From Scyliorhinus canicula (lineage: Eukaryota), in NCBI RefSeq assembly GCF_902713615.1, contig NC_052161.1, forward strand, positions 60,967,424 through 61,031,423: a stretch of DNA of 64,000 nucleotides. Direction: 5' to 3'. This document shows, in pieces, positions 26,185-39,414 of the stretch (position 1 is the stretch's first letter; each line of letters begins with the position of its first letter). Position numbers and translations under genes: made by a program. The notes under the pieces were generated by a model. That model searched no databases. It was not told where the DNA came from and saw only the letters and a program-made list of their open reading frames with translations.

Positions 26185-26373
26185 GAAATGAAAAAATGAA
26201 ATGAAAATCGCTTATTGTCACAAGTAGGCTTCAAATGAAGTTACTGTGAAAAGCCCCTAGTCGCCACATTCTGGCGCCTGTTCGGGGAGGCTGGTACGGG
26301 AATTGAACCGTGCTGCTGGGCTGCCTGGTCTGTTTTAAAAGCCAGCTATTTGGCCCTGTGCAAAACCAGCCCC
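26185..26373 (-). mobile_element. Short tRNA-derived SINE with (tttca)n tail; other copies at ~14830-14985, ~38990-39102, ~59735-59911
   Basis: Four near-identical copies of tgaaatgaaaatcgcttattgtcac...cccctagtcgccac...gggaattgaacc. Confidence 0.8.
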
Positions 26374-26584
26374 GGATGTTGAATTCTCATCCGGCTGAAA
26401 ATCTCCCTTCATTACATTGCTCAGGTGTTAAATCAAGCCAGCATCGGGCTTTTGTAGTGGTTCAGTTGGGTGTTAAAGATTCTGCAGCACTATTAGAGGC
26501 AGAACAAAAAGTTGTACTTCCCACATTCTTACCACAAGCAACACCACCAGAAACAGATGGCTGGTTGCACGTCGAATTGCTATT

Positions 26585-26695
26585 TTTGGAAACACGTCCC
26601 TGACATCTGATTGTATTCCCTGGATTACACGCTCCTGACATATGACCATATCCCTTGGATTAGAGCGCCCCTGACATGTGAATGTATCACCTGGC
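26585..26695. repeat. Three degenerate units of the 36-bp minisatellite
   Basis: acacgtccctgacat...tattccctggattacac...cctgacatgtga matches the 6.6-8.5 kb unit. Confidence 0.75.
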
Positions 26696-26999
26696 TGGGA
26701 TTTTACACTCTTTCGCCGAATGTGCTCGGGGACAGGAGCAGAAATCTCCCGAGGTCACGTCACACTGACATAAAATCATGAATAAACTGCCACAGTGCCA
26801 GGGGACGGTGTGCAATGCCTGGGCAATCACGGGAGGAAATGTAGGGCAGGGGTCAGTGCCCAGGCAGTCGCAGGATACAATGCCGTGTGGGGGTTGCGTG
26901 ATGGGAGCGTGGGTAGGGGTGCGGTGGGATGTTCCAAGTAAATTTCTGGCAGCCTTTACAAATGGCGCCCCAATCTTCAAAAAAAGAAGTTGCAAGAAC

Positions 27000-27220
27000 G
27001 GCATGCGGCACAATGGCTAGCACTGTTGCCTATGGCGCTGAGGACCCGAGTTCGATCCCGTCTCTGGGTCACTATCCATGTGGTGTTTGCACATTCTCCC
27101 CGTGTCTGCGTGGGTTTCACCCCCACAACCCAAAGATGTGCAAGGTTAGGTGGATTGGCCACGCTAAATTGCCCCTTAATTGAGAAAAAAAATAATTGGG
27201 TACTCCAAATTTATATAAAA
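27000..27220 (+). mobile_element. tRNA-derived SINE
   Basis: V-SINE-like body; flanking direct repeat aaaaagaagttg. Confidence 0.8.
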
Positions 27221-30200
27221 AAAGAAGTTGATGGCAGGGTGGCTTAATCAGAGTCGGCCACCCAGTGTGATGTAGAGAGACCCACCCCTTACCTTTTTTG
27301 TAACCTCCAATGTACTGCATTCATTGTATTCCATATATTTTTGATACGTATCATTTTCTATCTTGACATGATTTTAAAATTTATTATCACATAATCGTTA
27401 CAGTGCAGAAGGAGCCCATGCCGTCTATCGTCTCTTCAAATGAGCAAACAAGTATTAAACAAACAACTATACAGTAACTAAAACAAATAGCAAATAGACA
27501 ATAACTAAACTGGTCAAGGCAGGGATAGGAAGTTGGCACAAATGAACTTAAAACCTGTTTTACAAAACTGTTGGGTACAGGATGCATTCTGCCCTTAATG
27601 CAATTAACAAAATGTGAAATTGCCAACAGAAATTACTGGCACATTATTTATTTATCCAGCTGTGGTCATTAGATAAGGAAATCACTTGGCTGTCAGTAGG
27701 ATGTTTAGAACTGTTACCCTGGAAACAAGTGAAACATGTGAGGTAACAGGCAGACCACGGCAGCAATGAGAGATAATGGGCCAAAGTTGCTGACTTGAGC
27801 TTGGAACAAAACAGCAGCATTTCAGAGTTGTCGGTCAATGATTTGTCAGCCAAAGGGGTATGATATTTTGTGGAGCAGTCAAAGTCTGCCCGACTAGAGC
27901 CCTCAGACTGACCATATAAAGTGGGAGTTAAGAGGTGGCCGACTTGAATCTCCTTCCTGTGTCTGAGGAGGCTTTGGGGTAACAAACTGGTGAACACCAC
28001 ACTTCTTCTGAGACACACCAGATGGAGGACGGGACGTCCCAGGGATCGGGCACTCAACCTGGAGGCCAGGGCTCTGATAATCCCCAAGATGACATGCCTC
28101 TGGACCCAGTTGTTCCTCAGTTGCTGGAGCTCCAAGGGCAGAGTCAGGAGTAGCAGGAAGGAATGTGCACATCACTCTTCAGATTGCAAGGCTGACTGGA
28201 GGAGTCCCATCACATTTTGTTGAAGGAGATTGTGCCAGCATTCTGAGGTAACCAAATCAACACTGTAATGTTGCAGACGCAGTGGAGACCTTGGTGTAGA
28301 AAATGCACTACATGCCACGGGATGTTCATTCAATGGCTTGTGGCATGCACTCCATGGTTCAGGGAATCAACTCCGTGGTGCGGACACTTGTGAGCATCCA
28401 CGTGTTCCAGCTCCAGAGGATGTCAGAGATTCTCGAGCTCACAATAGTTGCCCCTCTATCCCACGAAGGAAGCCAGGGTCCCTCTCGCACCCATCATCGT
28501 TGTGGAAGTCCTGACACTATGATTCTCTGGGAATTGCACAGAAAGTTTGAACTTGTGATGGACAATTCCCTGACTCCACTGCAAACCCCTGAAAAAGCCT
28601 CCAAATCGGAGTTTGTGTCAGAGACTTTGAGAGTTTTGATTTACTCATTTGAATAGTCACCCAGGAAATGTTAGCAGAACACGTCTGTGGGTGGATTTCC
28701 TGTGCTCCCCACTGCCTGGTTCTCCACCAGTAGCGGTAGGCGGCCAGCCGTTCGCCAGCGGCAGGATCTTCTGTCAATAGAATTTCCCATCGAATCAACC
28801 CACGCCCCCCATCAAACCTCCCTCCCCCCGCTGCCGCCGCCTGGAAACCTGGGGCGGAGGTTCGTCGTCAATGATACCAGAAGATCCCAAAATCTGGAAA
28901 ATTCCGCCCGTATTTAGCTCCTGGGAAACAAATCAGATGACATGTCCCTCAACCCCCCCCCCCCCCCCCGCGCCCCCGCACCGGCACAACCTCATTTGAA
29001 CCCACAACCTAACTACCCCCTCGACCTCCTCAACCCCTCAGCTCCCCACTCTAGCCAGCCCCTGACCGCTCACCTCTGACCTCAGGCACCCCTTTAACAA
29101 GATCTGACTAGCCACCTGATCTGATGCCTCCCTGATCCATTTACCCCTGGCTCACCTATCCACTTACCCACCCACAAACGTATTCAGCTGCCATCCTGAC
29201 TACATACCTCAGCCACTTAACGGCTTACATATGTACATACTCACCCATTCACTCCATATTCATTCATTTATACACTGGGAAATGCTTGGGAAAGTTTAAA
29301 CGCTATCAGAATACAGCAACTAGTGATATAAAGTGAGGGTGCGGTTTTTGTGTAGATTCTTTTTGCTGCTCCCTGTGAGGGGTCTTGCGCAGAGGGAATT
29401 CTGCAGGACCCTCTATCAGCAGTCAGAGCTTTTATAACCTTTACAGGTAGGTGAGTAGTTTTCTGCCTGATCAGAAATTTTGGACCCATGTCCCCCTGTA
29501 CTAGACTCAGCAATCAGAGAAAGCCCAGACTCAGAGGTAAGTGTTTTACCCAGAGTCCAGAGTTTTTCCAGGGCTAGGCTGGCAGACCCCGATGAGTGGC
29601 ATGAGAGAGGTCGGGAGCCTAGGCCAGGGGAAAGGTAAAGTGGGAAGTATGACCATGGGCGAGGGGAGAACTCTGATGGGCTCAGGCAACCCGGAACAGA
29701 GGCTCCCTCCACCACCCTCCATTTCCAGGTAAAGCTGTGGGGATATCCGAATACTGTGGACTTCCCCCTGCTGCAGGCTGCAAGTAAAACACTGGGGGGG
29801 GCTGGATGAGGTCAGTTAAGGACCTTACTACGCCCAATGCCAGACAGCACAGGCAAACCTCCCACCAACCCCTGTAAAGTTTTAAACAGGTCAGGGGCAG
29901 GTGGGTGGGTGGCAGGATGGCCACCCGCAGGATTTTATGAACTTGCCACCTTTACCCATTTAAAGGGAGCTAAAAATCCAGCCCTAAGGTCTTAAATCCT
30001 GTTCTCCTCCTTAATCCATTCTGTCTTCAATGCCTACTTACCCTCATCATATCAGACGGTATCATTGTAATAATTTCATCCTTAATCGACGAGGCTATTC
30101 CTCCTCCTACCTTTCATCATATCTTTCCTGAAGGCCCGGTATCCTGGTATATTCAGTTCCCAATCCAGACCACCTTACAGCCATGCTGGGTATCATGTCA

Positions 30201-30639
30201 GACCCTCCAAGGTGGATTTTCAATTGCAATTCATTCAATGTGTTCCTCATATTTGGTGCGTTTATAGAATGAACGAGACACACACTGTAACCTGAGCTTC
30301 TGCTCTATGTTTTACAAACATATTTCCTATTGCTTTCTGCACCTGAGACCTACTCCCTCATTACTCATTCAAAATTCTGGTGACATCCTATTTCTCATTT
30401 CCACTATTACCCTAGTCTCAAGCTGGTTACGGTGGAGTCCTGAGAGTACAATACCTTCTTTTCCCAGCACGGATGCCAGTTTACCATGGAATTGCATCCC
30501 TCTTCCCACATCACCCCATCAGCCACATGTTCACCTCCCAATATCTACACCAATTTACACATGGCCTGGTTAATAAGCTGGAGAATTAGTGTGTCAGCAA
30601 TCTTTGATCGCATATTTCCTTGCTCCTAACTATTCACTT

Positions 30640-32430
30640 GCTTTAAACATCTGAATGTTGTTTCACAGATTACTGAACAAACAGTCCAACTCAAACAAAG
30701 GCCAATTGTTATCATTCAAACCTGGCTCCAGTTCAATATAAAATTGCTGGCTCTTTTCCCAGATTGAACAATCTTTCCTTTTCTTTTCTTTCTCCCCAGG
30801 TTTTCTACTTTAATCCACGAGTTCACTTCACATAAAACACAGGTTGGTATCGGGTGGAAATTCTACAGCATACCGAGGCGCTTTTCATAACTGACCCAAT
30901 TTTACAACCATATACAATGCTGGTGTCAACAACGACAATGGAGACCGATGCCTTTGTCCTCTTAGACGGACCTCTTGTTGAAGACCAAGTTGTGCAATGT
31001 TTGCTAAACTGTGCTGGCACAGCTGACTGTGTGCTGCATCTCATGCTGGATGGTAACCGTTTGAGAAAGGTAGCTGCCCAGATCTTGGAAGTGTTCAAAA
31101 ATTTCTAAGGTCTCCCATCAACGCTGATAGCTGGAGTAGGAAGTACTTGTTCCAGGGAGGGATACTGGTGGCTAATCGTGATCTTGCTGATGTTGCATGG
31201 AAGGCCCATCTTTTTCTATGCAGAGTTGAAGACATGGGCCAGGATTGCCCCTTACCTGGCGGGGCGGGGGGTCCCGGCGTGTCGGAGTGGCATGAACCAC
31301 TCCGGCGTCAGGCCGCCCCAAAGGTGCAGAAGTCTCTGCACCTTTAGGGGCCAAGCCCTCACATTGAGGGGCGAGGCCCGCGCCGGAGTAGTTTCAACTC
31401 CGCCGGCTGGCGTGAACGGCCTTTGGTGCCACGGCAGCCGGGGATGAAAGGACCATGGGGGTGCCCCCACGGTGGCCTGGCCCACAATCGGGGCCCACCG
31501 ATTGGCGGGCGGGCCTATGCCGTGGGGGCACTCTTTTTCTTCCGCCTTCGCCATGGTCTTCACCATGTGGAGGCGGAAGAGATCCCCTCCCCTGCGCATG
31601 CGATGGTATGATGTCAGCAGCCGCTGATGCTCCGGAGCATGCGCGGACCTACGCCGGCCGGCGAAGTCATTTCGGCCCCGGCTGGCATGGCGCCAAAGGC
31701 CATTCACGCCAGCCGGTGGAGTGGGAACCACTCCGGCGCGGGCCTAGCCCCTCAATGTGAGGGCTTGGCCCCTAAAGGTGCGGAAACGCCACTCCAACAC
31801 GCCGGGACCCCCGTCCCACCGGGTAGCGGAGAATCCCAGCCATGGTCTGAATGCTGCTTGCAATATGGGCCACAACTATGCACTTGTTTCAATTTTGTAT
31901 TGTGGATATGCTGGTAGGTCAGCTTACTCAGGCTGAAAAAATCTTCCTGTCAGGTAGAAGCTCAATAATGAACCCTTGGAATTTCATCATAAATGTGTTC
32001 CATGACCAGGCAGAAGTAGATAGTGATGGAGGTTGCTGCAATCACATAGCATTGCTGACATTCCAGATGTGAAAGGTCTCTGCCTCTAATCATTACAAAG
32101 GACAGATGTTGTCTTACCATCATGCAAGATTGGCAGGAGTTTTACAAATTTTGCTGGACATCCAAGTTTCTGGAAAACTTAACAAAGGGCTTCACGGTTA
32201 ATTTGTCAAATGCCTTTGGCAGATCAAGAAAGGTCATGTAGATTTTGTTGTGTTCTTATAACGATATGTCAAGATTATTTGTTGTATAAGACACAAGGCA
32301 CCGATCACTCATAAAGGACTGAGTAAACACATTCTGGGATCATTTATTAAAACTAGGCACATCAAACAGTCTTAAATTGTTCCATAGCTTGCAGCACTAT
32401 AAGCTGTCTTTCGTAAAAGTGAAACTAAAA
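30640..32430 (-). mobile_element. Old RTE-like LINE remnant interrupted by a MITE
   Basis: Minus-strand TFLDLPKAFDKINR and FQDLGSYLS motifs, heavily decayed. Confidence 0.55.
31237..31841. mobile_element. Fold-back MITE (Harbinger-like TIRs); relatives at ~28689-28909, 46269-46961, 48162-49116, ~49690-50078, ~51885-52552
   Basis: Termini ggccaggattgcc...ggagaatcccagcc flanked by atg/atg, with ~200-bp inverted arms. 48162-49116 has a 3-bp TSD aat. Confidence 0.75.
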
Positions 32431-32714
32431 CTGGAACATACTATACATACATTATTGCCTTTTTAGTAATGTATATAGTCACATCTTAAAGGCAACGCTC
32501 AACAGAGCTCTTTGCATTTTTCCAGAAACCGTTCATGAATTTGTCAAGTGACAAAGGTCATATTGATAGTTCCCCAGTTGGTCAGGGACCATATTGGATG
32601 TCTGGAAGAAGACCTCTGGTGATGGGTATGATGCAGTTCAGGGAGACTCATGGACTCATGTGAGAATCTTCCCCAGAGAATCAGAGGGGACTAGTATCTA
32701 CAAATGCTTAATTA

Positions 32715-33350
32715 TACGATAAAAAGAGGATTTTAGTATAGGAATAGGGATGTCTTGCTGCAGTTATACAAGGCCTTGGTGAGGCCACACCTTGAGTATT
32801 GTGTGCATTTTTGGTCTCCTAGTTTGAGGAAGGACATTCTTGGTATTGAGGGTGTTCAGCGAAGGTTCACCAGACTAATTCCCGGGATGGCAGGACTGAC
32901 AGATGAAGAAAGACCGGATCGGCTGGGCTTGTACTCACTGGAGTTTAGAAGAATGAGAAGGGATCGCATAGAAACATAAAAAATCCTGATGGGACTGGAC
33001 AGGTGAGGTGTGGGAAGAATGATCCCGATGTTGGCGATGTCCAGAACTAGGGGGTCACAGCCTAAGAATAAGGCATAAGCCATTCGGGACTGAGATGAGG
33101 AAGAACCTCCTCTCACAGAGAGTTGTTAACTTGTAGAATTCTCTACCACAGAAAGCTATTGGGGCCAGTTTGTTGGATATATTCAAGAGGAAGCTGGATG
33201 TGTCCCTTGTGGCTAAAGGAATCAAGGGGTATGGAGAGAAAGCGGGAGTGGGATACTGAATTTGGATGATCAGCCATGATCATAGTGAACCGTGGTGCAG
33301 GTTTAAAAGGCCAAATGGCCGACTCCTGCAGCTATTTTCTGTCTTTCTAA
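32715..33350 (+). mobile_element. CR1 3' fragment
   Basis: LYKALVRPHLEYCVHFWSP...RRFTRLIPGM plus a CR1-type 3' UTR. Confidence 0.9.
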
Positions 33351-33916
33351 ATTTTAGACAGAAAGTGATCTGGCGATTTTCTATCCTGGAATTATTATAA
33401 CATGGAAGGGGGTCTGTGACCAAAAAGAACTTCATGTGATGGTATTTTTATGAAAGGAAATATATGGGCCAGGCATGCACCTGGTGAGCAGTACTCCCTG
33501 GGGAACTCGGGACTGAATGCAGCTTTCAGGGCGGAGAGGATCTTGCCAGGCTAGTGCCAGAATAATGCCTGGACGTGCCGGAGTAGTGCCAGGTCTAGTG
33601 CCAGATAGTACTTGATGCTAGCTTGATGCCAGCTTGATACCAGGGGATGCATCTTGGTGAAAACTGTTTTCTAGTTTTCTCGCTGTGTGCTGGGGCGGCC
33701 TTTATAAAATGGCGCCCAGTCTTCGAGTCACTAACATGATGGCATGGGGGCCGAATCAGAGGCCGCCCGCCAGCGATATATTGTGGAACGCATGAATGCA
33801 GTTTTTTTTCTAAGCCCTGGATTATATGGTGGAAAAAACCGCCATTGTTGTTGATGGCCTCAATGCTGTTTTTCCTGCCTAACATTAGCCTTTCCTGAAA
33901 CATTTTGCTTTGCACT

Positions 33917-34153
33917 TGTGGTGATCCAGTGAGTAATTGTGTGTGTGCTTGGATTAGGGGATGTACAGCAGTACCTGTACTACAGGTTCGCCGGTAGCCC
34001 CTGCCGCTAGCTCCGCCCACAAGGAGCCGTATAAATATGGATGAGTTCTCCTGAACAGCCATTCTATCAGCTGCAGTCGGAGGATAAACATCTAACTGTA
34101 ATATAGCCTCTCTTGTACCCATTTGTGTCTTTAGTACAATTCATAGCACATCA
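33917..34153 (+). mobile_element. Solo LTR (Gypsy-type)
   Basis: TGTGGTGA...CATCA termini, internal TATAAAT, exact 5-bp TSD GCACT (33912-33916 and 34154-34158). Confidence 0.85.
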
Positions 34154-34488
34154 GCACTCTTCTGGGAAAATGAAAGAAAACAAAATTTTAGACCATTATA
34201 TTTATACTATTGGAGAAAAAGTTGTTGATCGGTTCCCAAGTCAATTCTGCTTGGCTGAGGGGTTTCCATAGAGGTAGCAACATCTCCCCAAGCTTCCAAT
34301 GGTGAAATAAAAAGATGCACTGCTCAAATATGTGGAGGATACATTGTTGCAATCTTTTGAAATTTGGCATTTTTGCTTTTGTCCTGATGAGTGCAAAACA
34401 AAAAGCTTCAGCAGCATGTCTCTTTATTCTGCAACATTCAAGTTCTTTACTACCAAGCAACTGTTTGTAAAGAGATTTGCTATTGTTA

Positions 34489-34667
34489 TTATTTTAATTC
34501 ACCAACAGCACTTAGGTATTCTTAATTGGCAGGATCAAACTCCAAAGCCTTTTCAAAATATTCAATAGCTTTACCCTTCTCCCCATCCAACTGGTGCAAG
34601 AACCCAAGAACACCAAGGGCCTTGCTGTCTCTTGGATTCCTGTGAAGTCGTCTTTCTGCTATCCACT
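34489..34667 (-). pseudogene. IFIT: IFIT C-terminal relic
   Basis: Translates WIAERRLHRNPRDSKALGVLGFLHQLDGEKGKAIEYFEKALEFDPAN*EYLSAVGELK*, homologous to the IFIT-B C-terminus. Premature TAA at 34524-34522; the rest of the exon is absent. Not in the ORF track. Confidence 0.9.
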
Positions 34668-36498
34668 CCTGCTATTCACGTTCTGCCTCACACATGTCTG
34701 TGTTCCAGTAATGTTCTCCTGTCATCACTCCAACTGTGGTCAGATGCTAGAATTGTAATGTATACAAACAGGCACTAATGTTCATATACAGTTCGGTTAT
34801 TATATTATGTGCACAGATGATAGTTCATATATCATCACATCCTCCTCTGTTTCAAGATGATTGTTAAATCTCCGACATGCGCAAATAAACTATAAACAGA
34901 TACATGAATTTTAAATGGATCAAATTGTATGGATGTAAATTTTAAATGTTCATCATTTTAAAAAGTCTATATCAGGCTTTTGCTGCCAGCCCAACTTCCC
35001 GATTAAGATTTGAAGGAAGTGGTTCCGTTTTACTTTGCTCATCTGATTTAGAACATAGAACATACAGTGCAGAAGGAGGCCATTTGGCCCATTGAGTCTG
35101 CACCAACCCACTTAAGCCCTCACTTCCACCCTACCCCCGTAACCCCTCCTAACCGTTTTGGACACTAAGGGAAATTTATCATGGACAATCCTCCATGTCT
35201 TTGGACTGTGGGAGGAAACCAGAGCATCCGGAGAAAACCCCCGCAGACACGGGGAGAACGTGCAGACTCCTCACCTGGGACCCTGGCGCTGAGAAGCCAC
35301 AGTGCTATCCACTTGTGCTACTGTGCTGCCCTGATTTATCTTTGAGCTTTTCAAAGTTTCTTTTGTCCTCTTCGGATCATCCTTTTTTGTGTTTCACCTT
35401 CCCAGACTGATGTTTCTGCCTTGCTTCCAACCTTCTCCCAGTGAAATCACTGTCAGACGTCTCTGCTTTTCTTTTAAAAGCTTCTGCTGCTTTTCCATTG
35501 AAATCGCTCACCAGTTTTGTTTTGAAACTGTTTGCTGGTTTTCCTTTGAAAATTCTCTTGTGCTTGTCGACTTCCGACATGAAAGTTGCGCATTGTTTCA
35601 GTCTCTCGAAGGCACCTGTATCTTCTTGGTCCATCATCCGCTCAGTGGAATCCTCTTTTCTGTTCCCTGTCTGTGGAAGACTAGCCTGTTGATCGGATTT
35701 ATCATTCGGAGCCTGTGCTAACTTTGCATCTGTGTTTATTATCTCATCGTAGCTTTTCCTGTCAAATTGGAATGTGTTAGATCAGTTAATTGCCTGGGGA
35801 CCAGCTAGTCATCAGTAGGGCTATTTTCCTGTGATCTGAGGCCCCCTGGAGTCTCTGGGCCTCCACACAAAGAGTAAACTGGTGTTTAAAAGCATTCCAG
35901 TTGGTGTCTACATTACCAGTCGTGAGGAGTGGGCCAAGAGTCCTGAGTGCTTCCATCTCACTTCACCTGATCGTCTCGAGTTTCGCAGCCGATCTCTTAC
36001 CTGTCGAGCTTCCAATTGTCCTTTTCAGTTTTTCTTGTCGTAACTAGTTTTTCCTAACTGCACTCATTTGACACTTACTCCGTGGTACCATGTAATACTC
36101 TCTGTATGCACGGATGCCGATACATTATCTTTGTGGTTGAAGTGATCAGAGAACATACAGCTTTGTAAATGAACAAAACTGCTTATTAACCAATTTAAAA
36201 AACTAAAGGGTTTCTATGTCTACTATGATTACAGTTGGATACTACGGCTAAATGCAAATAACTATGATTAACTAGTACTAATTATTCTTAACTGAGGAGC
36301 TACTTGATATGCAACTGGGCACGATGCCTGCTATCCATGTTCTGCCTCACATGTGTCTATGTTCCAGTAACATTCTCCTTTCGTCACGCCACCTGTGGTT
36401 GGATGCTAGAATTGTAATGTATACATACAGGCACTAATATTCACATACAGTTTGGTTATTATATTATATACACAGATGGTAGTTCACATATCTTCACA
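34668..36498 (-). mobile_element. Internally deleted Gypsy LTR retrotransposon (5' LTR 36091-36498, truncated 3' LTR 34668-34839; SINE at ~35050-35330)
   Basis: Direct repeat 34668-34839 vs 36327-36498; TG...TACA followed by a TGGTACCA PBS; gag N-terminus TGNVDTNWNAFKHQF; purine tract before the 3' LTR. Confidence 0.8.
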
Positions 36499-39414
36499 GA
36501 CACCAAATCCCAAGAATTATGTATTGTCCTCGGAGGGGTTACAAACTCATTACAAGCATTTGAGCACTTAAAAGGTTAAATTATGAGGTCAAGTGACATC
36601 ATATTTGGCTCATTGAGGGCAGGTTTAGCTCAGTTGGCTGGGCAGCTAGTTTGTTATGCAGGGTGAGTCGAACAACGTGGGTTCAATTCCCATACCAGTT
36701 AATGTTATCATGAAGGCCCCACCTTCTCAAGCTTGCCCCTTGACCCTCAGGTTAAATCACCACCAGTCAGTTCTCTCCCTCAAAGGAGAGGGCAGCCTAT
36801 GGCCATTTGAAACTATGGCGATTTTACTTACTTCCACCATATTGGTTTGAATTTCCTTCACTTTGGAAAGAGTGATCTAAATAACATCTTTAAAAGGATT
36901 AAAAGATTCAGCACATTTCAAAATGAGCTACTGATTCCAAATTTTGTAAACAAATCACTCTTGCCAAAACCCAATCTCTTGGCTCCCATTCTCAATGTCC
37001 CTTTCTTTCCTCCTGTAATGCATCGTGTCCATCTCCCTGATTTAACCACCACTCTCCAGACTCTCAGGTGGCTGAATCCATTCTTGGCCTTCCCATTTTT
37101 TCATTGTTCCCCTCACCCTTCCAATAGCCTGAATTCCAATCTCTTGCTAAAGTCTGCATCTCTCCTCGCCTCACAAGACCCCAGAATTTACAGGCAGGTG
37201 TACAGGATGAGGAGGAGGCTGAAAATGCCTCGAGAACCCAGGCTGGGGAGGGGCAGGTTTGGTCAAATGCAATGGCAGAATCCTGGTATCGTTTAATTGA
37301 CCCATTTCCCATCAGGGAGCCAACCAGATTGACAAACTGGCCAATGGGAAAGAGGGTAAACCAGTTGGATCTTTCAACCTGAGACTTTCAATGAGAGATT
37401 TGACGGGAGGAAGGCGAAGGATTGGGGAATGCTGGGTAGAGACTGCGATAGGCAGAAGAAAGAGGGGCTGCAGTAGGAAAGGTGAGAGAGGCCATGATGG
37501 GGTGGGGAATGCAGACGACTATTGGGATGTAGGAGAAAGACTGTGATGGGGAGGAGTTTGAAAGGCCACAATAAGAAGGGGAGAGAGACCACAAGTGGAA
37601 GGGAAAGGAGAGGACACCATGGCGGGCTGGGGGATGGGGGTGGGGAAGCTGAAATGGGGGGTGAGAGAGAGAAAGAAAATAAAGAAAACAGAGTAGCTGC
37701 AATGTGGAGAGGTGGGTGAGAGGCCACAGTGAGGTGGGGATAGAGAGATTGCAATGAGTAGGTAGAGAGAAACAGTGTGAGGTGAAGTGCGGAGCAGTCC
37801 AAAGATGTGCGGGTTAGGTGGATTGGCCATGCTAAATTGCTCGTAGTGTCCTAATAAAAGTAAGGTTAGGGGGGGTTGTTGGGTTACGGGTATAGGGTGG
37901 ATACGTGGGTTTGAGTAGGGTGATCATGGCTCGGCACAACATTGAGGGCCGAAGGGCCTGTTCTGTGCTGTACTGTTCTATGTTCTATGTTCTAGATACT
38001 GCAATGGGAAATTGGTTGGCAATCAGGAGAGGGGCAGCCAAACGCTTCCTTGTTAGGCCGAGATGGAGCAATAGTGTTGCTCATGGCCCACACAGTGCTG
38101 AGAAATACACTTACCTTGTGGAGCTGCCAGCTCCCACCTCCCTTTCATTGCTATGTTCCTCCACATGCAGGAAACCTGCACAGTAACAATGAATTTTAAA
38201 TCAGGCTCCCAGTTACACAGTGGAACCTGTGTTCTGCATGTTAATGAAATATCCTCTGAACTGTGAATGACTCTCACAGCCTGAGACACACCTCGATATA
38301 TAAGGTGGTTTGTGTGTGAACCACATGTTCGGCACCATATTCTCCTTATTTATAACCCATTGATGGAAGGGTCAAGAACCAAAGGAAACTGATTTAATGA
38401 TTGGCAAAAAAACCAGCAATAATTGAATCTTTATTTATCTGATAATAATCCAGTTGATTCTGAACAATTTTATTTCTCACATTAGGTGCATTTTTTTGCT
38501 TGATAATATTGCCAGTGTGTGTTTATTGCCGATTCAACAGGATCTGTTACATTCTTTAAGATCTATCGAATTGTCAGTATCTGTGGGGAGCTGAACTTTT
38601 TCCAGAGCACTTCTTGCTCCAGTGGTGGAAAGGTCCAACGTGCAGCCCGGGACCTGCAATCCCAGATCTTGCTGCTTCTTCAGAAACACTGGTCTGTCTC
38701 TGGAGAAACACAGTGAGCACAAATAATGAGTATTGTGCCCAAATTATAATTGGCAGGTGGCCGCAGATGGAAAAATAATACATCATATGTGTGGATAATG
38801 AGCTGGGACGCTGAAAGAACAGGAAATCTGTTTTTGTTTGCCGAGCTTCTGCAAGTTTGGTTTAAGGGGCACAGCCCTGCTTCTGTGGGCACTCTGAAAC
38901 AAAGTTACAGATGTTAATATTTAAGCTTAAACAGAAAATCTGCAGAATTGCACAGCACCATACTGAGGTCACGGCCAAAAGCCCATTATGAATGAAATGA
39001 AATGAAAATCGCTTATTGTCACAAGTAGGCTTCAATGAAGTTACTGTGAAAAGCCCCTAGTCGTCACATTCCGGCGCCTGTCCGGGGAGGCTGGTACGGG
39101 AACAATCCCGGCAGTGGGGGGGTTGGAAGATGCAACCCTAAGAGTTTACAGCGACAACTTGCATTGTGTAGCATCTTTAATATAAAGAAATGGATGCTAT
39201 CAAACAAAGTCCGACAGCGAACCCGCAATAAGATATTCGGGCACCTGGTCAAAGAGGAGAGGGTGAGGGAAGCAGCGAGGTTGAGGCAGGTGATTCCAGA
39301 GCTTGGAGCTCGGGCAGCTGAAGAGATGGCCACCAGTGGTGGGTGAAGGAATTGGGAGATGTACAAGAGGCTGGGGAATTGAGGAAATCAACATCAACAT
39401 TGTCACAATAACAT

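Noticed and set aside
30036-30050. ATGAGG|GTAAGT (minus) as IFIT-B exon 1
   Set aside because: The phase-0 donor is incompatible with the phase-2 acceptor, and it lies within a CR1 endonuclease fragment.
32300-32315. ATG AGT GAT resembling a spliced IFIT start (retrocopy)
   Set aside because: Similarity ends after 8 nt, and it lies within the RTE remnant.
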